Virus record (IMG/VR): IMGVR_UViG_3300026541_000005
Location: 1 to 43,028 of that record
DNA from: a virus
Taxonomy: Duplodnaviria > Caudoviricetes
Direction: 5' to 3' (one strand)
Length of the DNA: 43,028 nt
Shown here one piece after another: positions 33,475 to 43,028 of this stretch. Every line of letters starts with the position of its first letter. Position 1 is the stretch's first letter. The notes under the pieces are model-generated. The model made no database searches, was not told the DNA's origin, and saw only the letters and a program-made list of their open reading frames with translations. The position numbers and the translations under genes are program-made.

Positions 33475-33768
33475 TTATGGTCTGGCTACTTCTGATAGAA
33501 CTTCAAAATCTATACTTCCTGATGGAATAGATACAACATCTAGTCCGATAGCTTCCCCGTTAAATCCACTTTCTACTAATGCAAGAAACTTACTACCCGT
33601 TATTCTTGCTAGTGATATTCTGTTTCCACTAGAATCTAATCTAATTTGCACATCATAACTTGCGTCATTAGGAGCGGTAATTACCAAATAGGTATTTTTC
33701 TCGGGATCAATAACAAGCATTGTTTTCTCACCTGTTGTGGTATAATTAGCATCTTGATAACTCGACAT
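33475..33768 (-). CDS. Hypothetical beta-rich protein
   Basis: AAGGAG RBS, 97 aa. Confidence 0.7.
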   Translation of the reverse strand: MSSYQDANYTTTGEKTMLVIDPEKNTYLVITAPNDASYDVQIRLDSSGNRISLARITGSKFLALVESGFNGEAIGLDVVSIPSGSIDFEVLSEVARP

Positions 33769-33789
33769 CGTTGTAAAACTCCTTAATTT

Positions 33790-34575
33790 TTAAATACTTG
33801 CTATTGTAAAATTATATGTGACCACCAGTATATCATCCGTATTATCTTCATTTTTAATCTGTACTTTTAGGACGTCTCCCGTTGATAGTTGTTTATTTCC
33901 AGAGAATGCAAAAGCTTTTAATCTATCATCCATATCTAAGGGAACACTGCCTTGTTCAACGAAACCAGCACCAGAATCAACAAACAAAGCCGCTCTAACA
34001 CGCACGGCTGATGCGCCTAATGTTTTTACTGTAGATAAGCTTATAATTATCTTAAATTCCTCTGTTTGTGGTCCGGTATAAGTAAGCTCTCCAGATGAGA
34101 ATGTAAATCTTTCTAAATCTCCTGCGACTATAGTGCCAGCAATATCTACATACGTATCAACAACGGCTATTGCCGTATCTATCGCATTGTCGGTGAACCC
34201 CATCGCAGCGAAAGCTACGTATCGGTCTGTATTTCCTAAAAAGATCCATTGATCATCAACTAATTCAAGTTCAATTATCTGGTTATCTTTATCCATAACA
34301 AAGGACGATTGCCCTTGTATTGTCGTGCTATCAGAGCCATTAGGTATTACAGTAATATTATTAGTTTCTGCATTACCTTGGTCTATAATCCATATCTTCT
34401 TACCATTAATCACGTTGGTTCCAGAACTATCAGGCAATTCAACTTCTACTGTGTTAGAGGTAGTGTCAACTCCAATATATTCCAACAATGAAGTTAGTGT
34501 GCTGTCAGAGGTTACGGTTGTTTGAATCCTATTCTGTGCCCACCCGAAGTAAAAATCACTCTGTACTTTTGCCAT
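33790..34575 (-). CDS. Putative virion appendage protein
   Basis: VDT......V.LP....G....I.D.G.A..NNITV..TI.G module plus beta-sandwich C-terminus (L.TGD.L.V.I.N). Confidence 0.6.
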   Translation of the reverse strand: MAKVQSDFYFGWAQNRIQTTVTSDSTLTSLLEYIGVDTTSNTVEVELPDSSGTNVINGKKIWIIDQGNAETNNITVIPNGSDSTTIQGQSSFVMDKDNQIIELELVDDQWIFLGNTDRYVAFAAMGFTDNAIDTAIAVVDTYVDIAGTIVAGDLERFTFSSGELTYTGPQTEEFKIIISLSTVKTLGASAVRVRAALFVDSGAGFVEQGSVPLDMDDRLKAFAFSGNKQLSTGDVLKVQIKNEDNTDDILVVTYNFTIASI

Positions 34576-35792
34576 TATCTTCTCACTGTTATTTTAGAGT
34601 CAGTTGCCGCTATATTGGTGGCATTTGTTATATTCCGCATTCTTACCTCGAAAGTATCACCATTCTCTAATAGTATATTGTCCCTTGGATTAAATTCTGG
34701 GGATGTTGGGGTTTGAAACACTGCTGTTAAAGTTTGTTGTATTCTCGTTATCGCTACTTCACTTCCATTTTTAAATAATGATATTTCTATAACATCTTCT
34801 TCAATTCCAGGCTCTAAAATGAGTTTTACAGAAGTTGTAATATCAGCGTATATAGCCTCTAATCCAATATATGTTCCAACACCATTTGACCATGTTATTC
34901 TCTCTGAATATCCATCAAGATAAGTTCCCGCAACTTTTACAAATGTAGAGGTATCAGATAAAACCGTCGCTGTTGTTCCTCCAGTAAAGCCCGTTGAGCC
35001 AACCCAGTAACTATCTAGTTCATTACCATTATTAAAACAAATCACTTTCGGGTCTGTCTGGTCAAGACTGCCAACAGCAAACATTGTCCCGCCGCTACCC
35101 CTATAAATAGGACAGTCCCGAATAGTGATTTTATTCGTTATAGTCATTCCCGAATCAATATCAAAAACAGCGTCACCAGTTGAAGGATTAGCTTCTACGT
35201 TGCTGAAGCTTCCCGAATCTAAATCACCTTGTAAAGTGATATGATTGCCAAACTGAAGGGCAAAGATTATTTCAGAAAGTGTTACGCTTGACAAATCGAT
35301 ATAAACAAGTCCATCCGCATTATTGACATAACCTATATTTTCCGAGAAAACCAACATTCCGTTGATTGTTCCGATTTTGTCAAACCCGCTTATCAATTGT
35401 TGAGATTGAGCCAATAAAGGACGCGTGCCTGTGCTGCTGGCGATGTTGATAAATTCACCACCATTAGTGGAAGTGACTTCAAGACTGTCGAAACTCAAAC
35501 GCCTTCCAGCGTCTGATGAAAGCAATGTTTCGCCTGTCGTTATTTCCGTTGTCCAAGAGTTTGCAACACCGTTTAAAGCCACAAAACTAACATCTGCGGT
35601 GGCAGTATCTGGAATCACAACCTTGATATCTTTGGTGTTAAGCTCTCTTGTCCATATGTATGCAGGACAATTGTCAGGTAAGGTTATCACCTCCGATACA
35701 GGGTCAGGAAAAGCATTCAATGTCTCAACATAAATAATCTTGTTTCTTGCAACGTCCGTCGCTACTGTACTGAACGTATTTCTCTTCGCCAT
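34575..35792 (-). CDS. Putative virion appendage protein (start revised to MAKRNTF)
   Basis: Beta-rich; C-terminus (L.NGD.FEV...N) similar to that of 33790..34575. Confidence 0.6.
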   Translation of the reverse strand: MAKRNTFSTVATDVARNKIIYVETLNAFPDPVSEVITLPDNCPAYIWTRELNTKDIKVVIPDTATADVSFVALNGVANSWTTEITTGETLLSSDAGRRLSFDSLEVTSTNGGEFINIASSTGTRPLLAQSQQLISGFDKIGTINGMLVFSENIGYVNNADGLVYIDLSSVTLSEIIFALQFGNHITLQGDLDSGSFSNVEANPSTGDAVFDIDSGMTITNKITIRDCPIYRGSGGTMFAVGSLDQTDPKVICFNNGNELDSYWVGSTGFTGGTTATVLSDTSTFVKVAGTYLDGYSERITWSNGVGTYIGLEAIYADITTSVKLILEPGIEEDVIEISLFKNGSEVAITRIQQTLTAVFQTPTSPEFNPRDNILLENGDTFEVRMRNITNATNIAATDSKITVRR

Positions 35793-36301
35793 CAGAAAGT
35801 CCTCCAAGTAGTAGCAAACGGCACAAACATTTCTGCATTGCCGTCTGAATTAATAGCTAAAGTACTTCCTGCGTCATCAATCGGGTCGCTTCCGTTAGCC
35901 GTGGCTGTTGTGGTATTAGGCTCGCCGTCGCTCTGGCTAATATAAATAGGTTTGATAGGAGCTGTACCCAAGGCTAAAAAATTAATCACCACATTACCAC
36001 CAGATGAATCTACATTTATAAAGTCATCCAGTACCGTTACAGTATAAGGACTATCAGCAAATGTTATTTCTTTAGTGGTAGTATTCTCAGCAATAATATA
36101 TGCAGCCAAAACTGCAGCAGTTACACGCAGTGAAGTGTTATTACGAAGTAACAGGAAATCATCAGTATCAGCTATGCTGGTCGCTGTACTTCCACTCTCC
36201 ATAAGAATATTTCCATTCGCATCAACGCAAAATAGATTCGTCTCTTTAGTTAATTTATCAACAACACACATTGGAGGTGTAAAATTAGTCCCCGTCCCCA
36301 T
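35792..36301 (-). CDS. Putative virion appendage protein (start revised to MGTGTNF)
   Basis: SPYTV...D..I.VDSSGG.V.I module. Confidence 0.6.
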   Translation of the reverse strand: MGTGTNFTPPMCVVDKLTKETNLFCVDANGNILMESGSTATSIADTDDFLLLRNNTSLRVTAAVLAAYIIAENTTTKEITFADSPYTVTVLDDFINVDSSGGNVVINFLALGTAPIKPIYISQSDGEPNTTTATANGSDPIDDAGSTLAINSDGNAEMFVPFATTWRTF

Positions 36302-38567
36302 TACTTCCCTCCACCATCTCCTTGCGTTTAACCGCAATGTCCGTCATAGTTTCAAGTGTTTCCGCCCCGATCTTCTCGATCTCGGCTTCTGTCTTAGCAT
36401 TTTTAACTTCTGTTTCTTCCCGCTTATTAGCAGTCTCTTCTAGTTTGATTCTACTGTTGAACTCAGCCTCTTGGATCTTCATCATCGAGTCTCTTTCAGT
36501 CATCTCCGCTTTGTGACTTGCCTCAGCTATCTTCATTTTAGTTGTCATATCCTCACGGATAGATTTCTTCTCGCCTTCAGCCGCTTTAATCATCACCTCT
36601 TTTTCTTTTACCTGCCCTTTATACATCTCTGCGTCAGCTAAAGCTTTTTGCAGCTCAATCATAGGATCAGCAGGTGCTGGTGGTGGCTCAGTGATTAACT
36701 TCTCAGGGTGATCAATACCTGTTAAATTAAAGATACGCTCTCTTAATTCAACCTGATTAGTGTATGGATCTTGCCGCAATGTATCTAAATACTGCACTCT
36801 TGCCAAACGCTGCATGTCACTAACCATATGTGGATTAGATGACGGCATAATATTGAAATCGCTATTATTAAAGTCTTGCTTGGATATTGTTACAGGTGCA
36901 TCTAAAACGTTAGCATATTCATCTTCGTTTAAGTAAATACCATTCAAACGATAAACAACTTTTATTTCTTTAGATATCGCCTTTGCAATACGTTTATGTA
37001 TTGATTTGTATGCTGTCAATCCTTGCTCAATATGTGCCAACGCTGCAATACCAGATTGATTAGCTATCTGCTCACCTTGCAGCACATCAACCAAACCACC
37101 AACATCTTTACCAGCATCAATGACCAATCCCAATAATTGGAACAATACCATTGAAGGCTCTTTATGCTGAATCTGCACGAAGTTATCACGTATAGAACCG
37201 CCACGAGTATCAACAGGTTTAAACTCACCCATCTTAAAGCGCACGCTTCCGCTCTTCATCTTTAGACCACGACCAACCAAACCAGATGACGTATTCGCCA
37301 GCTTGCCAGCATCAAGTAACTGATTTAGAATTGTGTTAATTGTCTTGTTAGGATTTAATAATATTTCACCAAATCCCAGCGCATAAATAGAACCATCAGG
37401 CGAAGGAATAAATGGGTAATGTATGAAATAAGTCTCAGCTACAATGCGTTTTATTATATCACCGTTGCGCTTGATTCCATCCTCTTCATAGTTGGCAACA
37501 ATTCTAACAACTTTACCAGAACCTTTATGAACCGTCACAATATAAGGCTCGCCATAACCATCACCATCAAGGTCAATTCTTGTTAGCTGCTCAAGAAATA
37601 CGTGCGGTGAGAATGAATCTTTAGAATCATTCACTTGCTCTTCACGCTCTGATTCCTCTTCCATTTCACCAGAGTCCTGCGTCATGTATTCGCCATCCAA
37701 CCAAATATCAGCACGAATCATCGTCTCTATTTCGTTAGGATAATATTCCATCTCCTCAGTTACACGAGGTGCACGGGCAATACCTGGAGCTTTATAATTA
37801 ATAATTAAATTAGCTGGGTACACAAGATGCGACATAATGCGCTCCTGTTCTGGATCCCAGTAAACTTTCCTAAACATATTCCCAGTGATTGGCAATGCAT
37901 GCAGTAATTTGTCTGTGTCCTCTTCCCACTCTTCCATCTCATCCGAAAACTGCCAGTTCATGAACTCAGATACACGATTACCCTTCGCCTCCTTAGCACC
38001 TGGCTCTATTTTCCAGCGTGGTTGCACTGTACTCATGTCTGGCATAGGCTGTCCAGTTGCAGGATCAATTACAGGCTCACCAGTTTCAGGGTTAACTTGT
38101 GGTTGCGCTGTACTCATGTCTGGCACAGGTTGACCTCGCTCATCTAGAACAGGTTGACCGTCATCATTTCCAACAACCTTAGCCTTAACAACCTTGTCAT
38201 CATTGAGCAAAGCAGGATAAGCACGTGCAGCAAAAGCAATGCCAGCATTGGAAATCAACGGATATACAACGTTAGCAGCTTGAGGCCATGGGAAATTTTT
38301 CTCTGCCGTCTCTGGTTGCCCTAGTGCAAAATTCTGCGCTAATTTCATAGCGTCTTCACGGTGAGAGCGTGAGTTCTTATCTAGGTTGTAACCCTCAACC
38401 ACATCATAACCGATAGTTTTTAGCTGATCTTCATCCAGCATATCCGCAATATTGGTTGCATCCATCAGCTTTTCTATATCATAAGACGCACCTATCTCGT
38501 CAGTTAGAGTCTCTTCATACTCAAAACTGTCTGGTTGACGAGGTGACTCGCCTTCATTTTCTTTCAT
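36285..38567 (-). CDS. Portal protein
   Basis: FPW..A.NV.YP, G..FRKVY, DLDGDGY.EPYIVTV, FIPSPDG..Y..GFG, NQLLDAG...N, EPS.VLFQLLG; C-terminal coiled coil. Confidence 0.9.
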   Translation of the reverse strand: MKENEGESPRQPDSFEYEETLTDEIGASYDIEKLMDATNIADMLDEDQLKTIGYDVVEGYNLDKNSRSHREDAMKLAQNFALGQPETAEKNFPWPQAANVVYPLISNAGIAFAARAYPALLNDDKVVKAKVVGNDDGQPVLDERGQPVPDMSTAQPQVNPETGEPVIDPATGQPMPDMSTVQPRWKIEPGAKEAKGNRVSEFMNWQFSDEMEEWEEDTDKLLHALPITGNMFRKVYWDPEQERIMSHLVYPANLIINYKAPGIARAPRVTEEMEYYPNEIETMIRADIWLDGEYMTQDSGEMEEESEREEQVNDSKDSFSPHVFLEQLTRIDLDGDGYGEPYIVTVHKGSGKVVRIVANYEEDGIKRNGDIIKRIVAETYFIHYPFIPSPDGSIYALGFGEILLNPNKTINTILNQLLDAGKLANTSSGLVGRGLKMKSGSVRFKMGEFKPVDTRGGSIRDNFVQIQHKEPSMVLFQLLGLVIDAGKDVGGLVDVLQGEQIANQSGIAALAHIEQGLTAYKSIHKRIAKAISKEIKVVYRLNGIYLNEDEYANVLDAPVTISKQDFNNSDFNIMPSSNPHMVSDMQRLARVQYLDTLRQDPYTNQVELRERIFNLTGIDHPEKLITEPPPAPADPMIELQKALADAEMYKGQVKEKEVMIKAAEGEKKSIREDMTTKMKIAEASHKAEMTERDSMMKIQEAEFNSRIKLEETANKREETEVKNAKTEAEIEKIGAETLETMTDIAVKRKEMVEGSNGDGD

Positions 38568-38581
38568 ATAATTGTGATTGT

Positions 38582-38812
38582 TTAATGCAATTGTTTTGTT
38601 GTGAAAGCTAAAGCACCCTCGATCGAGCCAAGCGTTATATCATACAACTCGTCGTCGCTTATATAACACTCTTCTACTGCTCCGTGGCACTTCACTTTAT
38701 ATGCGGTACTCATAATATCTGGTCTATAGAAGTATTCTAATGAATCAACGCGCTTTTTACAAACATCACACGTCGGTTTTGGAACAACTTCTACTTCTTT
38801 AACTTGTATCAT
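38582..38812 (-). CDS. Hypothetical protein
   Basis: C..C and V.CHG motifs. Confidence 0.65.
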   Translation of the reverse strand: MIQVKEVEVVPKPTCDVCKKRVDSLEYFYRPDIMSTAYKVKCHGAVEECYISDDELYDITLGSIEGALAFTTKQLH

Positions 38813-38925
38813 ATTAATAAGACTTTACGGGTGGACGTTTCGCTTTAGGGATTTTAATTATACCATTATAACCCCTGTAACAATGATCATAAGTAGTCAG
38901 CCATTTCCAAAAATCTTTTATCATA

Positions 38926-40386
38926 TTAATATCCTGTTGTGGAATCGCGTCCGTCGTCTTCGTAATCATCCCAGTCGTCGTCTTCTTCTTCTTCAACGTA
39001 ACCACTGCGCAAATAAGCTGCTACATATTGTGTGCAATCATGCGGGTGACTAGCGTCTCCTTTATCAGGCTTATCAGCATAACGCTCACCAGCTACTTGC
39101 ATTCTTCTAAAACAATAAGCTCCTTGAAATCCCTTGCGTAATACAGGACACTGCTTGCCATTTACAATGAATGCTGGTAGTCCATCCACTAATCTGCCTA
39201 GGAAATATCTTACACTTTCTATTCTTATTTTTGGGTCTTGCTTACCAGCCTGTATATCAATTCCTTTATCTTCAAGGATTGTGAAGCAAGTAATACCGTC
39301 AGACTGTAAACTTCCTGCTTTACCAGATGGGTCACCAATATCTATAAACTCATAACCATCTACAATTAACTGCGCGCAATCATTAATCACAAAATCACTA
39401 AAGCGATCTATTCCCATTGTTTGATTAGATGTATATTCTTTCTGCGCGATTAACTGTCCGTGCTTAGTATGTTGATGCAATACACAGGCAGCTTTACCAA
39501 AATCCCAACCCCTTATAATCGGCAGATCAGGAATAAATTCTACTTCATGACAATGAAAATCATCACGATACTCAGGGTAAATAGCCTTGCCGTCACTGAC
39601 AAATCCATATTGATTTGCTAGGTTTACCGCGATCCAGTCATCGGACTTACCGCGCATATTCTTGCTATAGTAATTCTTAGGAAGGTTGTTTATATTCTCA
39701 GCATCAGGGTTTTTAATCCAGTTTATACGACCAGTTTGCGTGACTCCTATGCTCTTTAATCCACCAGGCTGCTTGTAAAACTTCCAATCCTCAGGCGTTT
39801 CTTTTTCAGCTAGGTTATATAACCAATGGTCAACATCAGGTGCATTCGAGTCGCCAATCAATCCATACCAACGTGGCTTAGCAGGATAACGACCACAACG
39901 AGCCAACGCCATGTCAAATATTCTTTTATCTAGCTCTCTTATTTCATTACACCAAACACCAGTTAACTGATATCCTCGTAATTTTTTTTCTGCGTCACCT
40001 CGGTCAAGTGCCAAGAATATCAACTCAGCTTCAACAACCGTTTTATCATCAAGCTCAAACTTCAACCTGTGAGTTGGAGGTGCGGATCCACCTCCAGTAT
40101 ACCTCCCAAGATCACCGTACAATTCTATCCAGTCTTTTATTGTCGTTCCAGACAAATCTCTGTACGTATTTCTTATCGCTAACCAACGAGATTTACGCTT
40201 GCCCTCCGCATCAGGAGTCTGGTCACACATGAGATTAAACAACTTTTGACACGTTTCGACAGTCTTGCCACTTCCAAGCGGTCCTATAATCACAACAACA
40301 TCAGACTCATCAGCCGTATATTGTGCTAATATCTTGCCCTGTGGTTTGCTTATATATTCATAAGTTGTCTGGTTATTCACTCTCAA
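38926..40386 (-). CDS. terL: Terminase large subunit
   Basis: Walker A GPLGSGKT, Walker B WCNE, nuclease GWDFG, GDPSG, SHPHDC.QY. Confidence 0.93.
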   Translation of the reverse strand: MRVNNQTTYEYISKPQGKILAQYTADESDVVVIIGPLGSGKTVETCQKLFNLMCDQTPDAEGKRKSRWLAIRNTYRDLSGTTIKDWIELYGDLGRYTGGGSAPPTHRLKFELDDKTVVEAELIFLALDRGDAEKKLRGYQLTGVWCNEIRELDKRIFDMALARCGRYPAKPRWYGLIGDSNAPDVDHWLYNLAEKETPEDWKFYKQPGGLKSIGVTQTGRINWIKNPDAENINNLPKNYYSKNMRGKSDDWIAVNLANQYGFVSDGKAIYPEYRDDFHCHEVEFIPDLPIIRGWDFGKAACVLHQHTKHGQLIAQKEYTSNQTMGIDRFSDFVINDCAQLIVDGYEFIDIGDPSGKAGSLQSDGITCFTILEDKGIDIQAGKQDPKIRIESVRYFLGRLVDGLPAFIVNGKQCPVLRKGFQGAYCFRRMQVAGERYADKPDKGDASHPHDCTQYVAAYLRSGYVEEEEDDDWDDYEDDGRDSTTGY

Positions 40387-40492
40387 TCTGCTTCTGTGTG
40401 ACCATAAAGGGGCTTATTCTACTATTGATTACTTATTGTGGGTATTATCCCGTAAAGAGTGTGACATATTAAGAGTTGTCTTCAATTAATAG

Positions 40493-40789
40493 TTACTCAT
40501 CACTCTTTAAATACACATCGACCCACTCGCTCGGATTATTTAAGTCCATGTGCTCGTCTGCTAAACAAACTCTACCAACGCAACTATTCTCTTTGATTTC
40601 TATTTTTGGCGCATTTTCTGGCACACTTTTGTAGCTCGTATACCACTGTATCATACCCGATGTATCTTTTCTTAGCGATATTATCTGTTCTGCAGTCAAA
40701 TAAACAGACATCCGCGCCTCTGCTATCCCCGACGGTAAATCACCTAGCCGCTTGTGAAGTTCTATTATTTGCTCACGTGTTGTCATCAT
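40493..40789 (-). CDS. Hypothetical protein
   Basis: 98 aa ORF between terS and terL. Confidence 0.6.
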   Translation of the reverse strand: MMTTREQIIELHKRLGDLPSGIAEARMSVYLTAEQIISLRKDTSGMIQWYTSYKSVPENAPKIEIKENSCVGRVCLADEHMDLNNPSEWVDVYLKSDE

Positions 40790-40989
40790 CAGCTTTCCTT
40801 TTGTATATCCACCAATTGAGACAACCTAGTAGATATATCGTATAACTGCGTTAACATAAGCCATAGGATGCCGTTTGCATGCTCACCTATACTAAATTGC
40901 CATATAGCACAGCCTATAAATGTAATTGTAAATATTAACTTTACCACAAGCTCAACAATTCTTACGTTCATATATATTGTTTCAATCAT
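40789..40989 (-). CDS. Small membrane protein
   Basis: Two hydrophobic segments. Confidence 0.6.
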   Translation of the reverse strand: MIETIYMNVRIVELVVKLIFTITFIGCAIWQFSIGEHANGILWLMLTQLYDISTRLSQLVDIQKES

Positions 40990-41380
40990 CAGCTTTCCCC
41001 GATAAATCCTTGCGTATAACCTTAGGCAGCTTTAGCTCCACCGTTGTTTTGTCATATCCGTGTATTTTGGCTTTTCCCATTATTGCAGAAACAGCTGCTG
41101 ATGTTTGTTTTTCCCTGTACGCAAACGTCTTGGCTTCTTCTAACTCTTTGGTTAAAGAATCTATGGTAACGTTATGTCTTTCAAGGTGTTTTTCGTTGTA
41201 TATATTGATTCGTGATGCGATCTTGGTGTTATCCAACTGAGCCTTAGCATTACGGTTAATGCTCTCGGGCTTCATGTTCTCACAGTTATAGGCTTGACGA
41301 TACGCTTCTGTTGCGTTTCCAGTCTCAATGTAGACTTGGACGAACTTCTCCTGTTTAGGAGTAAGTGTTATTTCTGTCAT
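40982..41380 (-). CDS. terS: Terminase small subunit
   Basis: LTPKQEKFVQ.YIETGNATEAYRQAY...KI..RI; SAAV.A..GKAK.HG. Confidence 0.9.
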   Translation of the reverse strand: MTEITLTPKQEKFVQVYIETGNATEAYRQAYNCENMKPESINRNAKAQLDNTKIASRINIYNEKHLERHNVTIDSLTKELEEAKTFAYREKQTSAAVSAIMGKAKIHGYDKTTVELKLPKVIRKDLSGKADD

Positions 41381-41417
41381 GCTCTATCTCAATAGGTAGT
41401 TTTCCACTATGATTAAA

Positions 41418-41447
41418 ACTATACCATCGGTTGCCGATGGTTGTCAA
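41418..41447 (-). promoter_or_regulatory. Putative late promoter with palindromic spacer
   Basis: TTGACA-18-TATAGT; ACCATCGG-N3-CCGATGGT at 41423-41441. Confidence 0.7.
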
Positions 41448-41912
41448 CTATAAATAACCGTAATATTGTGCTAATGAGTTTAGAGCTTGTTTAAATTCAT
41501 TCATCTTCTTTCTGTTGATTGTGCTCTTTTGCAGTCTGCTTGTTGGGGATCTGTCGTTTACTATTACGTGAATGATTATACTTTTCTCTGTTAAACCTAA
41601 GCTATCAAAGGCTTGGTAGAATGCTTTTCTGTAATCTAGTTGTCTGGTTGATACATCTACTGGCTTTCCACCAGATGTTCTTTCCTTTATTTCACAGGAG
41701 TTAAAGCCAATCACGCCATTTTCGTAGTCATTTCTTAGCTTATCGGCGGCATAGAACTGTTCTGGTGATATTTGCTTGCGTCGGAACATTGGGTGATATG
41801 ACGTTGGGCTTACACAGCGTGCTACTTTAGTTTTATTTACTATTTCCTGAACAATCCCGCCTTGTGCGTGACGCTCTGGAGTGCCTAAATCACCTTGACG
41901 CTCTATTTTCAT
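41448..41912 (-). CDS. Putative late-gene regulator (Q-position, DUF6456-like)
   Basis: I...Q..AA.KLR.DYE...A...LG...L..LA.YYG; immediately upstream of the late promoter and terS. Confidence 0.55.
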   Translation of the reverse strand: MKIERQGDLGTPERHAQGGIVQEIVNKTKVARCVSPTSYHPMFRRKQISPEQFYAADKLRNDYENGVIGFNSCEIKERTSGGKPVDVSTRQLDYRKAFYQAFDSLGLTEKSIIIHVIVNDRSPTSRLQKSTINRKKMNEFKQALNSLAQYYGYL

Positions 41913-41974
41913 AACTACCTGTTTTTATTGATAAATCATTGTAGCTTTTTCAACGGTTTATGTCAATCATCCCT

Positions 41975-42142
41975 TTAATCAGCCTCTATCTCCTTAATAC
42001 GTATATCGGCGAGAACTTGATTCTTACTAAATTCTTCTTGAAAGGCACTCAGCAGCTCTCGCAAATCATCTTTTACATGCAGACCTCCTCCCACAATCTT
42101 ACCATCATCATAAATATTATATGTCACTACGTAAATCTTCAT
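41975..42142 (-). CDS. Hypothetical 55 aa protein, not in ORF track
   Basis: Hand-translated MKIYVVTYNIYDDG...; AAGGAGG RBS. Confidence 0.55.
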   Translation of the reverse strand: MKIYVVTYNIYDDGKIVGGGLHVKDDLRELLSAFQEEFSKNQVLADIRIKEIEAD

Positions 42143-42516
42143 GTCTCTTTCGCCTCCTTTTTAAAGTTGTTATGCAATGCAGCCTGCGCCTTACGAAAGT
42201 CATCTTGAGCTTTCTCGAAGCTCAAGCTCTGCTTAGCCGCCGCAATAGGATCAAACACAGGCACGGCTGCGTGACGCAATGCCTGAAGCACCCGCAAAGC
42301 TTGTACATATTCCCTTTCTATCGGGTCTTCTGGGTCTTTTATTTCTTCTTCTATCGATGAAAATTTCTCAATATAGAACACATCTTTATAAAAATAACCT
42401 ACACATATAACGTGCTCATCTTTAGCAAGATGAGGTGTACCAAATCTCTTAACAAGCCACCATTTAAACTTACTGACTTTATCTGAAGTAATTCTTATTT
42501 TTTCTTCTTTAGTCAT
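42139..42516 (-). CDS. Hypothetical protein
   Basis: Starts in the junction motif GGAGGCAAAAACCGATG. Confidence 0.7.
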   Translation of the reverse strand: MTKEEKIRITSDKVSKFKWWLVKRFGTPHLAKDEHVICVGYFYKDVFYIEKFSSIEEEIKDPEDPIEREYVQALRVLQALRHAAVPVFDPIAAAKQSLSFEKAQDDFRKAQAALHNNFKKEAKET

Positions 42517-42706
42517 CGGTTTTTGCCTCCTCTAGTTTTTTTTCTTCTTTTAGTGCTTTTTGCCATTTGTCAAACTCCGTCATATGCGCCGTTAAGTCCA
42601 ATCCATACCTAAGTGCTCTGAAAATTTCAACCTCACGATCACAACGCTCCAAATCCCGTTGCATTTGCTTCTTAACCTTATCGCTAATACACACTACATC
42701 ACCCAT
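42509..42706 (-). CDS. Hypothetical protein
   Basis: Ends in EEAKTDD junction. Confidence 0.65.
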   Translation of the reverse strand: MGDVVCISDKVKKQMQRDLERCDREVEIFRALRYGLDLTAHMTEFDKWQKALKEEKKLEEAKTDD

Positions 42707-42956
42707 AATACGTCACCCCAAATACAATTAAAAAAGGCACTACCCCAATAGCAATTAACGTAACTATGCATTTAATCCATTCCCAAATCTGCCGCCGTTG
42801 ATGCTTACGATATCTTTTCGACGCTAATTCATCAGCCCAGCATCGCGTACACCAACGAAAACTGCCCGTTTCTGGCTTATCATTGCCATTACGAAATAAT
42901 TTATGATACAAATGCGGTTCTGGATACTTATGCCCGAATATTTTACACCTAATCAC
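42699..42956 (-). CDS. Small protein with C.IFGH...C.RC module and C-terminal TM
   Basis: MIRCKIFGHKY...WCTRC. Confidence 0.65.
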   Translation of the reverse strand: MIRCKIFGHKYPEPHLYHKLFRNGNDKPETGSFRWCTRCWADELASKRYRKHQRRQIWEWIKCIVTLIAIGVVPFLIVFGVTYYG

Positions 42957-43028
42957 CGTCTTGCTCCTTCTTAGTGATCTGCCTCATAAAAAGAACATTG
43001 TACCACTCGCCGTAAAACTCCTTTTTCC
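42912..43028. repeat. Terminal direct repeat, right copy
   Basis: Identical to 1-117. Confidence 0.95.

Noticed and set aside
17195-38133. Numerous plus-strand ORFs opposite the structural genes (e.g. 19848..20378, 20949..21500, 28872..29246)
   Set aside because: Antisense shadows of long minus-strand genes; no RBS or recognisable motifs
1-43028. Alternative genetic code
   Set aside because: Core genes are full length under the standard bacterial code, TAA, TAG and TGA are all used as stops, and the only true tRNA is not a suppressor

Overview
The window is an apparently complete, circularly assembled tailed-phage genome of about 42.9 kb; bases 1-117 are identical to 42912-43028. The morphogenesis module on the minus strand is podovirus/P22-like: terS, terL, portal, GroES-like protein, scaffold, capsid, adaptor, gp10-like hub, three ejection proteins, tail fibre, a triple LamG-like protein, and amidase/holin lysis genes. 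The early region is lambdoid-like: Cro-like HTH, ERF recombinase, O-like replication initiator, VRR-NUC nuclease, tRNA-Gln and many small accessory ORFs. No integrase, helicase or CI-type repressor is recognisable. A proteobacterial, probably alphaproteobacterial, host is inferred from gene content only. The most unusual signals are non-coding. (1) A promoter-driven RNA island at 8150-8660 holds a variant hammerhead ribozyme and four G.U-rich hairpins, the last capped by a T-loop. (2) Two homologous tRNA-like cassettes share acceptor stems and flanks but have unrelated interiors. (3) A structured leader on the replication gene has a loop complementary to its RBS. (4) A four-copy operator sits inside three promoters. 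(5) Accessory genes are joined by a shared RBS/stop-start junction motif or bracketed by short direct repeats. All folds and protein family calls were made by eye and need computational confirmation.
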